64,000 nucleotides of DNA from positions 1-64,000 of IMG/VR virus record IMGVR_UViG_3300028610_001024; one strand, given 5' to 3'. This document shows positions 31,062-40,961 of the stretch, piece after piece. The position numbers and the translations under genes were made by a program. Position 1 is the stretch's first letter, and every line of letters starts with the position of its first letter. The stretch is from a virus. The notes below the pieces were generated by a model. The model was given only the letters and a program-made list of their open reading frames with translations, was not told the origin of the DNA and ran no database searches.

Positions 31062-31136
31062 TCAAGGTCGGACCCTCTACACGGTTCGATTCCGTAGAGC
31101 GCTCATTGGTAGGTAAAGGGATCCAGCCGACCTTGA
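31062..31136 (+). ncRNA. Intergenic structured RNA with tRNA T-arm motif
   Basis: 10-bp closing stem TCAAGGTCGG/CCGACCTTGA enclosing ACGG-TTCGATT-CCGT. Confidence 0.6.
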
Positions 31137-31161
31137 TTAAATTTCTGTAAGGACATCCACA

Positions 31162-31632
31162 ATGATCATCACACACCAATTCCAATTCGGCATTACAGCT
31201 GATCTTAATACCCCCATTGCCTTCGATCCTTACAAACTCAAGTGGCCCGACTGGCTTATCCCTTTCACGCTCGCTTCAAAGTACAGTGACCATTCTATCT
31301 ACATCCGTAACAATGCATGGCATTTATGTACAAAGCAACACGGTGAGTGTACCATACCCATCTCACATTACATAACTTTAGACGATAACAATCAACTGGA
31401 CATATCGGCTGAGGAACAATCTATCTCAACAGCAATTGAAACAACAGCAATTGAAACAACAGCAATAGAAGAACTAATTACACCTACACCCGAAGCCACT
31501 GAAGCTCTAACTGAAATGGGTATCGACATTGATCTCCCACCAGCTAAAACAGTTATACCTACAGATAAGAAACCCCCACGTAAGCCCCGTAAACGTAAGT
31601 CCAAAGCTGCCTCTAAAAAGGACGACCTATGA
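31162..31632 (+). CDS. Hypothetical protein with 15-bp tandem repeat (TAIET x3) and basic tail
   Basis: ACAGCAATTGAAACA repeats at about 31428-31470. Confidence 0.65.
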   Translation: MIITHQFQFGITADLNTPIAFDPYKLKWPDWLIPFTLASKYSDHSIYIRNNAWHLCTKQHGECTIPISHYITLDDNNQLDISAEEQSISTAIETTAIETTAIEELITPTPEATEALTEMGIDIDLPPAKTVIPTDKKPPRKPRKRKSKAASKKDDL

Positions 31633-32045
31633 AAGAGATCACCGTTGACGGTTACAAGGTATCCAAAAAACTTCAGGTTGAACAATACATTGCTATTCTA
31701 TCACACGGTCCAACATGGACTGGAAATCTAATTAGCAAGTCGGCACGAACTGCACTTGTAACTCAAGGATATATCCGCTGGGATGATCAAGCTGTTGATT
31801 CTCGTCATAAATCGCCAGGAGCTTACATTGCTACTTTTGCTACATTACGGTATCAATCATCACAACAAGCAACTCTCCAAGCCTCTAATGGTAGAGAAAT
31901 GACTAAGATATCCTTACACTCAAATCCTATAGGTGAATTAGTTCTAATACATGACCAACTACCCACTTGAAAACCTATATAACTCTAATCTTTAATGTCA
32001 AATGTTTAATACTGAATATAAACGATTTACTGTGAAGACCGAAAA

Positions 32046-32642
32046 ATGCCTAATATAATATCAAAAAAAGTAGGTAAACCTGGACGTCCAAAAGGTAGAA
32101 AGGATTCTAAGCCTCGATCCCGTAGATCGAATATTCAGATTCAAATGGAAAATGATACATTTGATTTAGAGACACTAGGTAAAAACTATTATGAATTAAG
32201 GAAGAAAATGTATCCAGCGGGGGAATGTTTAACATTGTTAGGCTATGGTGATAGTCGACGACATGGAATGAAACAAAAGGCTAGAGCGGGAAGTGAACCA
32301 GAGAAACTATTCTTTCTAGAGCTGGCCCGTGCTGAAGAAAGGTTAAGGAAAAAGTATATAGATAAGTTTATTAAGGTCTCAGAGAATAGCCCAGCAGGGA
32401 TGAATAATGTTGTGGAGAAAATGTTTCCACAGATTCCTCGAAAGGTTAATCAGCTTGCAGTTGATTATAAGGTATTAGAAGAGATGCGTACAATTGTGCC
32501 CGAAGTTGGTGGGATGTTTATTGGGGCCTTATTAAGTAAAAAGGTGCCACCAAAGTGGCGCATAATAGCTCAGGAAGCGTTCGTGGAATTGTTTAATAAT
32601 GCAATTGAGAATAGGGAAGATATGTTGGAGTTGAGGGAGTAG
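32046..32642 (+). CDS. DNA-binding protein, candidate terminase small subunit
   Basis: GRPKGRK N-terminus, helical FFLELARAEE core; first gene of the G-rich late region. Confidence 0.45.
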   Translation: MPNIISKKVGKPGRPKGRKDSKPRSRRSNIQIQMENDTFDLETLGKNYYELRKKMYPAGECLTLLGYGDSRRHGMKQKARAGSEPEKLFFLELARAEERLRKKYIDKFIKVSENSPAGMNNVVEKMFPQIPRKVNQLAVDYKVLEEMRTIVPEVGGMFIGALLSKKVPPKWRIIAQEAFVELFNNAIENREDMLELRE

Positions 32643-33515
32643 ATAGATATGTCAAAAGAAGAAGTATCTAAAGCTTTAAAAGGTGAGACGGTAAGAGATT
32701 ATCTTGATAGAGTGTCCGGATTAGAGTCGATTATACGAGGTGAGGTATAATTCAAGGATATCATTATCAAGACTCAGGATCTACATAAAGGTAGTGTGTT
32801 AATAGTGGGCAAGTCTGATATGTTAGGCCCGATACCTGATAAGCCTTTACCGGAAATTATCTTGTTATGATGATGTGGAAGTGGAGTAAGTAATGCGGCG
32901 TAGATTAGTAAAGAAGATTCTAAATCAGTGTAGAAGTAGTAGAAACATTACTAATGCTGAAATCCACAGGCTATGGATAATATCAAAACGCAAAAGTGAG
33001 CAACGTACTAGACAATGGATAGAAGGTGAAGGGAGTAAGTATCTACATGAGGTAGGGGATCGACTCGTGATTATAAGATTGGGTAATGCAGAGTAGTTGG
33101 AATAGACTAAGGTTATATTGAAAAAATCTAGAAAGGATGGCATACTGAGAATAATCTAATGTGGGGGTGAGACATTTAGATGAAAGTGTTAGAAGTAGAT
33201 ACCAATGTAAAGTTATTCTCAGGGGATACGTCCAGGCCCCGGAGACGAAGCCACTCCTATTCCCTCCACCTTCAGGGGGCGACCTGATGATGCTAGGTCG
33301 GTGAGGGGGGAGAAATGTTTGAACCTCAGAAACCACAGGAAGCTACCAATGTACGAAATTGAGTCCAGAACCGGTAAAAGAGAGTGTGAACTACTCGCTC
33401 TCGTCGGTGCCCCTTGGCAGCTACTCGACGACGTTGACACCGCGGGTGACATAGCGAAGGGTGATAACGTTACCTACCAACAGATCGTCGAACGCGTCCA
33501 GGCAATGCCCCTGAG

Positions 33516-33725
33516 TTGCAACGAAATGTTAACCAAATGGCGGTTGATACTAAAGCTTTGCAGGAAATAAGGTTAATGATTCCTGAGATTGTGCCGTTAT
33601 TTGAAGGGGAATTACTACGTGAGAAAGTACCGCCGAAATTCCGGGCAAAGTGTGAAGAAGTATTTGTGAGGCTGTTTAATAATGCAGTTGAGGAAAGGGA
33701 GATGATGTTGGGGTTGGGGGAGTAA
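33516..33725 (+). pseudogene. Diverged duplicate of the 3' third of gene 32046-32642
   Basis: RNVNQMAVDTKALQEIR..KVPPKFR..LFNNAVEEREMML vs RKVNQLAVDYKVLEEMR..KVPPKWR..LFNNAIENREDML. Confidence 0.75.
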
Positions 33726-34644
33726 AGTAATGCTTTTGTTTAGAGATCAATTGCAGGTAGTTGATAGGCCCGATGGAATACTATGTACAGCTGATGGAAT
33801 TAGCACCAGTGGGAATATTCATTGCAGAGTTGAGGTAGGAAAAGATAAAGAGGGGAATCTATTTGTTCTACTGTGTGAGTTTATAAGTCTGGAAGATGTA
33901 GGAGATAACCATACTGGGTATGTTGGATGAAGTTAGAAAGTGTAGACAGGAAACATTGAAGCAGATATAACTCCAAAACGTTGGCAATGCTATCGTCATT
34001 GGTGCGCTGAGAATAACCTAATGTGGAGTGAGATATTCTAGCCCGATTGAAAATCCTAGTAAGTATAGGATAAATACTAATGAGTGAAAGTGAACAATGT
34101 GCTAGGGCTAAAGCCGATGGAATTAGATATCGGAAAGATCTCCAGGCTAAAGCTGATCAGTCTAATCTATTCGATCAACGTGTCCAAAAGGTTATCACTA
34201 AGCTATACGATCCAGAACGGTTAGATACCTTTATAGATATCTTTATAGGTGCGTTCGCTCAATTGCCAGAATTAGATAAACAACGCTGGATAGAGCGGAT
34301 GGCAAGGGAAATAGTTAAAGGAATGGATTGGGAATGAATAATAAACAAGAGACTACTATTACCGTTTCAGGATGTATCTTTATAATTCTTTTTACAGATG
34401 TAGTTGCTGAGGTTAAATATGAATAGTCAATATAGTTCAGTCAAATCCAAATTCATGACACCGGATGAGTTACATGAACATGGGTTGCTAATTGCTAAGA
34501 ATTTACTATTAGTCACTGTGAAAGGGTCATTATTGTAGAATGTGGTGGTTGTGATAAGGGGAGAGTATGGGAATTGAGGTACATATAAAGTAATACTGTT
34601 GGATGAGGTTGAGTTGTAGGTAGTCTAATGAAAAGGAAATTTGC

Positions 34645-35079
34645 ATGATAACTAAACACGTTAGAGTTATGAAGAGGTGGCCCCTATTTTCTTTAAATAA
34701 AGAAAGGTGGCTACAAAGTGGATGTCCATCTATTGAGATGGAAGTCTACAGAACGGTACCAAAAGATGAGTTCCTAGATTGTCGTCATCGTAATGGACGT
34801 CCGGGCTTAATTAGGTTTATAGAACGAGAGCAAGTGACTGCCGAGAAGGTCTCAGAAAGTCACTCTGTATGTTCAATAGGTCGAAGTCCCGATGGTTCAT
34901 GGTGGGGGTGGAGCCATAGAGCCCGCTGTCGATTTAGAGTGGGGGATAGGTTATTTCGTGAAGACTTTCCAAGCCAGACAGATAATCTTCCGTTTATCGA
35001 GTGGGGTGATGTGGTGATACAGTCAGAAGACCAGGCAAGAGAAGCAGCATGTAACTTCGCCGCCTACGTGAGTTATTAA
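34645..35079 (+). CDS. Conserved phage hypothetical protein
   Basis: SIG...WWGWSHRA..FRVGD..AREAACNFAAYVS motif. Confidence 0.65.
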   Translation: MITKHVRVMKRWPLFSLNKERWLQSGCPSIEMEVYRTVPKDEFLDCRHRNGRPGLIRFIEREQVTAEKVSESHSVCSIGRSPDGSWWGWSHRARCRFRVGDRLFREDFPSQTDNLPFIEWGDVVIQSEDQAREAACNFAAYVSY

Positions 35080-37197
35080 ATTCTTTACTTCATGGAGATA
35101 TAAAAATGATTGTAGTGCAATATGGTGTAACAAGTATAGACCCCCCAAAACCCGTTTATCCCTGGGAGTAAGATAAGGGTAAAGGTTAGTAATGATAAGG
35201 TGAAAGGGTTTCAGGCGGTTGAGTGGTGTGTGAAGGGGAGAGATAACTAATGAGAATTCTACGGTCTGATAAGCCTAGATGGTTAGTTATACGGCTTCGG
35301 AGTTGGAGGGTAGCTTAACTAAAGTGCCGTTTAAGATAACGGAGATGTAGATTAGAAGTCCGGTTGGGCAGAATCCTATTCCTCGTCTGACTTGTTCAAT
35401 CTCGAAAGGGAAAATTGATAGAACTTCAAAGAAATCACGAAACCGGCTGTGTTACCAGGGCATACCTGACTGTTCTTACTGGTCGCCCGTCCTTACCTTC
35501 CATTGGTGATATCGTCGAAACATTCGACGAATCGATCACTGAGAAAGCACCTTGCTCCGGAGCCGTTCGAGCCATCAAGGATGGCTACGTTTGCATCGGT
35601 TGGTCCGACTGTCTAGAGGTCATCCCGAGTGGCTTCGACTGGGATAGCACCTATTACGGAGAAACTAGCGATGGCCGGCCATATTGGTGTGTAGGTAACC
35701 GCCGTCCTAGGTCCCACTGAAAGGATGTAGTTTTTATTGCCTTATGTGAAATCGCTAGACGATGGATTAAAGAATAATTCCTCTTAGTCAATTTCGACTT
35801 GGAACAAATTACCCTGGAGTTTAATATCATCATGAGTGACTTAATCTTTACCGCATACGGTTTAGGCCTGATCATTGCCATTTTGATACTCTGGGCTATC
35901 GGTTCTACGTTGGTTAATAAGGCTTACTTCAAAAAGGGCAGTTGGAGTATTGACTGGCTCCCGATGAAAATTGGTTGGGACCCGCTAGATATTTATACCG
36001 AACGTGGAAAGAAAGTTGGGAGTATAGATTTGATTGTTGTAAGGTTTAGTATTTCGTATGGGTGGAGTAGGTGAGATTATGTATTGGATTAACTTTGGAA
36101 TATGGTAGACTGCATATATTGGCCTTTTAAAGGCTGAGAGGATTCACTGGGCTATAATCAAGATCTCCCCTAGGTACTCAACTTGGAAAGAATTTCCAAG
36201 GCGATTACAAAGAGAGTTACAAAGAAAAGGCGATAGTGGAGTTACTAGGCCACTTATTCCTATTTTTTGGGCTTACCACCCTTGCATGTCCTGATGAGTG
36301 GAAAGAACAATGGGAGGAAGTTGGTACTAAGGTAAAAGAGCAGTTCGCCGTCCCTTGGTATTTCAATTGGAAGTACTGAGGGAGAAGCTATAGGTAAGTT
36401 ATTATTAAGATTTGGAGGAACAGGGTAGTGGTTAAAATCAGAAACAGTATCAAGGTTACTTACGATCTGACAATGGTACTTCTATTTGTGTATATGATAT
36501 ATACCAATACTGGGGCGGTGCGGTGGGGGCTTATCGTACTAGGAACGATAGTGCTAATTATAGGTTTCTGTAATTGGTATCTAGGGTTGAGGATAAAATG
36601 GTTAGATAGGGAGTTATTTAAGGTTAAATGGGAAGGGTTCAGGTTAGGACGGCGGGTGCTGAGACAGAAGCGTAGATTGAGAAGGTTAAAGGGTAGTGCG
36701 TAAGAGGCAGTATAGAAAAATTGCTAGGATTGAGTAATGTTAATGTTGAAGTCTATGAGCTGAGGTGTGGGGTTAATGTTACAAGCTACAACCCGAGGTA
36801 ATTATAATGGATAAACTCAACTTAGCCGCGACTGAAATAATGGAAGCGTCGAGCTTTACCCGTTCACAGGCACGTCAAATGTTACTACAGTTACAAAGTG
36901 AAAATAAGTGTAGTATTGAAACTGCGTGTCATGCTGTTATGATGGAGTTGGGAAGGATAAAAAGGGCGGGGGTTAAAGGTAGAGTTAATGGTGAGAAGTC
37001 AAGGGATAAAGTTATTGAGTGTTGCGCATTTTGTGAGTACTTTGATGGAGAAGGGGAGATCAAGGTAAAGTCTATTAGAGATACTCTACCACAATCTGTT
37101 GAAGGAGACTGTCTAAACCCTAATTCTGAATCATTTCAAGTACGGTCAAATGAAGTTAGACAGTGTTTTATTAGAAATAGTACGTTCTGAAGGTAGA

Positions 37198-37818
37198 ATG
37201 TTAATCAACCGCACACTTCGCCTACATGAAGATAGATACTATCACACCAAGTATCCTAAAACTTCTATTGTACTACATCACACCGTGGGTGGTAGTGCAG
37301 TATCTACATTTAACTGGTGGCAACAAGATACCCGACACATTGCTACGGCGTATTTAATAGGTAGAAGGGGAACTGTTTATGAGGTATTTGAGCCTGAAAG
37401 GTGGGCATATCATCTGGGGTTAAAGGACACTAATAGACAATATGATAAGTCAAGTATAGGGATTGAATTAACATCAGTAGGGCCATTAACTTGGTATGAT
37501 GGAGGATATTATCAATTTGGAAAGGTATCACAGGGGACTAGATATGATGGTAAAGTGTTTGATATAACGAGAGTAATAAAGGATAAATGTACATGGCGGG
37601 GTTGGAGATTTTTTGCTGAATATACAGGTGAGCAGGTGGAAGCGTTGAGGTTATTATTGGAGATGCTGTCGAAGGAGTTTTCAATAGAGTTGACATATCC
37701 TGGTAGTATGGTGGAAGTGTTAGATAAGGTGCCCGATAGTGGAGTGTATGCTCATAGTCATGTTAGAAAGGATAAGTCCGATGTGCATTTGGGATTTGAT
37801 TGGGGAGTAATTGGGTGA
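37198..37818 (+). CDS. N-acetylmuramoyl-L-alanine amidase (Amidase_2) endolysin
   Basis: IVLHHTVG, ATAYLI, WAYHLG, SIGIEL, YTGEQVEAL, AHSHVRKDKSD. Confidence 0.9.
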   Translation: MLINRTLRLHEDRYYHTKYPKTSIVLHHTVGGSAVSTFNWWQQDTRHIATAYLIGRRGTVYEVFEPERWAYHLGLKDTNRQYDKSSIGIELTSVGPLTWYDGGYYQFGKVSQGTRYDGKVFDITRVIKDKCTWRGWRFFAEYTGEQVEALRLLLEMLSKEFSIELTYPGSMVEVLDKVPDSGVYAHSHVRKDKSDVHLGFDWGVIG

Positions 37819-37987
37819 TGTTAATATTTAAAGGTAATAAGTTCAGAAGTGGTTGGTCCTATTTAGCCCTAATAACGAATCGACTAAGGAGTAGTTAGAA
37901 ATGGCAATGATCTACCAACCAATGCAGCGTAAGGGTGATCGATCCTGGGTTATGACAAGTAAGTGATGACATATTCTCCAGAAACGC

Positions 37988-38015
37988 TTGACAAGTCAAA
38001 ACAGTGTGGTAGTGT
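37988..38015 (+). promoter_or_regulatory. Sigma-70-type promoter
   Basis: TTGACA-16 bp-TAGTGT with TG extension. Confidence 0.5.
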
Positions 38016-38050
38016 GCTATCACAAGGTAAAAATACCCCAGGAGCATAAC

Positions 38051-38698
38051 ATGAGAAAAACTTTTTTAACCTACTTGATAGGGATTATAACTGTAGCTAC
38101 TACAGCATCTGCACATGTACCTCTATTTGATATACTGCCTCTACCCATTACACCAGCTGAGTTAGCTGTGTTACCCTGTGGTAGTGGGTTTATATTAAAT
38201 GAATTTGAGTGGCGGGTGGACTACGTAGCAGAAACAATGTATAATTGCTATGATAATAGCGCAGTGCAAGATGGTTCTGGTTATGGGTGGTATGCTATTG
38301 GTGAGGGGGGAGTTGGGGTTGGTACTCCATTTACTTCTAGTAGAGTAGTTAGAGTTGACTCCTCTGGAAATCTTGTAACAGAGGATATTGAAATGGTTGG
38401 GTCTGCCTTAAATGTTCCAAGTGTGTTTGTATTCCAGTTGGGAGGATTGAATGCATTTACTCTTCAATTTGGCGACCCGTCCGTTTTAGTAGGAAGCTTT
38501 CAAGTTGCTGGGGATCTATTTTCTAGCAAGTCCTGTATTATTTTGGTAGGGGGTACTACGTGTAATTTGGGATTACATGAGGTAGCACCCACAGGATTGA
38601 CTGGATATACTTATACTGATAAAACAGGATTACAGGCCTACTGTGTATTCTTAGATAGTGAGTGGAAAGTAATTATAGGTGACGGGACTTGTGAATAA
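38051..38698 (+). CDS. Signal-peptide-bearing fibre-like protein, C-terminal paralogue of 60719-61612
   Basis: MRKTFLTYLIGIITVATTASA signal; C-terminus YTDKTG..YCVFLDSEWKVIIGDGTCE. Confidence 0.65.
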   Translation: MRKTFLTYLIGIITVATTASAHVPLFDILPLPITPAELAVLPCGSGFILNEFEWRVDYVAETMYNCYDNSAVQDGSGYGWYAIGEGGVGVGTPFTSSRVVRVDSSGNLVTEDIEMVGSALNVPSVFVFQLGGLNAFTLQFGDPSVLVGSFQVAGDLFSSKSCIILVGGTTCNLGLHEVAPTGLTGYTYTDKTGLQAYCVFLDSEWKVIIGDGTCE

Positions 38699-38712
38699 TA
38701 GATGTACTTATA

Positions 38713-38922
38713 TTGATAGAAGTGATGCAAGAAATAGGTTCAGAGATTCTATCATTTGCGGATGGGTTATCAAAGATAGGCCCTGCCTTAGCTGGGGCTA
38801 TTGTGTTTGGAGTAATATTAGTATTTGCATTTTGGTTTAAATTGAGGTATGATAGGAGTGAACTTGAAAAACGGATAAAAGAATGGGAATTTGATCAGAA
38901 GAAACTAAAAGAGAGAAAGTAA
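38713..38922 (+). CDS. Small single-TM membrane protein (possible holin)
   Basis: One hydrophobic helix, charged C-terminus, near endolysin. Confidence 0.4.
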   Translation: MIEVMQEIGSEILSFADGLSKIGPALAGAIVFGVILVFAFWFKLRYDRSELEKRIKEWEFDQKKLKERK

Positions 38923-39184
38923 TGAGTGAAGAATTTACAGGTAGTGCAGTGTCATATTATAAAGTGAAGGTAACAGATCCAGTCTCTATAAAAAACCCTA
39001 TAAAGCTGAGTGCTTAGATATTATTGAATCTCTTGGGATGTCTTTTAATGAGGGGGAACTATTTAAAGCTATATGGAGAAAATGTGCAGCTAGGACACTT
39101 AATGTAAAGAAAAAATCCCACGATGATACGTATGATACTGAAAAAATACTATTCTACGCTAAACGAATCCAAAAAGGTATCTAA
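38922..39184 (+). CDS. DUF3310 / T7 gp1.7-like protein split by a -1 frameshift
   Basis: GSAVSYYKV.. then -1 frame PYKAECLDIIESLGMSFNEGELFKAIWR..YDTEKILFY; A AAA AAC at 38990-38996. Confidence 0.65.
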
Positions 39185-40816
39185 GTGTTACACTCCAACT
39201 CTTTACTTCAAAAGGTATTAAACGATCCAATCATAGCCCGTAGTGCTAGACTGGCTAGACCTACTATTGCAACAGAAACTAGACCACACTGTGCTCAGTG
39301 GTTAAAGGAAATGTTTCCCGATAGCTTTACATTTGATTTTTCAGATAAGCAATTGGAAATATTAGATTGGTTTACTGAGATAGAGATTGACAATGTACCT
39401 GAACCTTTAGTAGGAGTACTACCTCGTGGGGCGGGAAAAACATCTATATTAGATGGGGGTACTAGTTATCTACTAGCGCATAAGACCCGTATGGGTATTT
39501 TATTTATTTCAGCTAATCTTGATAAAGCTAGAGATAGAGTTAATTCTGTTAGAAGTCTATTAGGTACAGAAAAATTTAGATCCAGGTATCCACTAGTTAG
39601 TGAACCTTTAATGGTTGGGAATCAAGGATTTCACCAAGCCTGGAATAATAGGTTATTACTTAATGAAGCTGGGCAATTAGTTGTAGGTGCAAGTTTAAGT
39701 GGGGAAAATAGGGGACTAAATCAAAATTGTGGAGGTAGGATTGATTTTTTTGGTGGGGATGATTTAGATAAACCTTTTGATAGTGAGGAAATGACTAAAC
39801 GTAGGGTTAAAAACCTAACAGCAGATATCTTTCCAATGCGAGGACCTAAAAGACGCCCAGCGGTGTGCCTTATTCAGAATTTAATTAAAGATGATGGTAT
39901 GATTGATCAACAGGTAAAAGGGTCCGCTGATTGGTTAAAGAATAGACGATTAGTAGGTCCAGTTCCGGCACTATTGGATTTTGAGTATAAAGAGAATATA
40001 GAGATGGTAACAGTTGAGGGTAGTTCTGTACCTAAGACTACTTTTTTAATTACTAGAGGGATCCCTACATGGGAGGGGCAAGATTTAAGAAAATGTCAAG
40101 AAATGATTGATGATACTGGACCGTCTACGTTTATGCAGGAACAACAGCATGATGTGGCAGATATAGCTGGAGCGTTGCTTAGCTCTCATCATTTTAAATA
40201 TACTCAAGAAGGGTTTGATTTAAGTTGTATTTCTAAAAAGGTTGTTGGGGTAGATCCTGCCGGAGGGGCTACATGGTGTGGTATTGTTGCAGTAGGGAGG
40301 ATATTGATAGATAAGCAAGTAATGTATTGCGTGTTAGAGGACGCATCGGTTAGAACGGATATTGATCTAGATGATGACTGGGCCGATACTGCGGTTTTAA
40401 CAGCTTATCAGTGGGGAGCTAGTTTAGAAGTGGAGACTAATTTCGGTGGTAGAATGTGTATTGATCCATTGAAAGCAGCAATTAAAAAACTGCGTAGACA
40501 GGAACGTATTGGTAATAAATCTATCAAGATCCATGGTACACACGCAACGATGGATAAGAAATTACGTGCGCTGGATTGGCAGAAAGCACATAAAGATGGA
40601 CTAGTTTTATATCTACATAAATGTAAAAATGGAGTGTATAAGGCTAGTGATAGGAATCACTTTACAAAGTTAAAGGGTGAATGGTGTACATGGGTTAAAG
40701 GAGAATCGAAAGGCTCTCCTAATAGATTAGATGCTCAAGTTCATGGGTTTAGAGCCATTAAGATAAATAGAAAAAGAAAAGTTAGAAATATAGGTAGTCG
40801 TCCATGGATAGCGTAG
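39185..40816 (+). CDS. terL: Terminase large subunit
   Basis: PRGAGKT Walker A, GDDLD Walker B, F..EQQ, GVDPAG nuclease Asp, ETNFGG, SPNRLDA. Confidence 0.92.
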   Translation: MLHSNSLLQKVLNDPIIARSARLARPTIATETRPHCAQWLKEMFPDSFTFDFSDKQLEILDWFTEIEIDNVPEPLVGVLPRGAGKTSILDGGTSYLLAHKTRMGILFISANLDKARDRVNSVRSLLGTEKFRSRYPLVSEPLMVGNQGFHQAWNNRLLLNEAGQLVVGASLSGENRGLNQNCGGRIDFFGGDDLDKPFDSEEMTKRRVKNLTADIFPMRGPKRRPAVCLIQNLIKDDGMIDQQVKGSADWLKNRRLVGPVPALLDFEYKENIEMVTVEGSSVPKTTFLITRGIPTWEGQDLRKCQEMIDDTGPSTFMQEQQHDVADIAGALLSSHHFKYTQEGFDLSCISKKVVGVDPAGGATWCGIVAVGRILIDKQVMYCVLEDASVRTDIDLDDDWADTAVLTAYQWGASLEVETNFGGRMCIDPLKAAIKKLRRQERIGNKSIKIHGTHATMDKKLRALDWQKAHKDGLVLYLHKCKNGVYKASDRNHFTKLKGEWCTWVKGESKGSPNRLDAQVHGFRAIKINRKRKVRNIGSRPWIA

Positions 40817-40961
40817 TTAAACCTCCTCTAGGGGTTGTTCTTAGATTTATAGTTAATGATCTGAGACGAGAGACTTAGTGCTATAGAAAGGTATGAGTTA
40901 ACCCCAACTCAAAATATATTACACTGTGGGAGTTAGAGCTAGATCTAATCCTTTTTAACCA

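Noticed and set aside
31062-31136. Canonical tRNA gene
   Set aside because: No D arm, anticodon arm or correctly placed acceptor stem
33281-33335. Hammerhead ribozyme (CTGATGA...GAAAC)
   Set aside because: CTGATGA sits inside a simple hairpin; stems I-III could not be assembled
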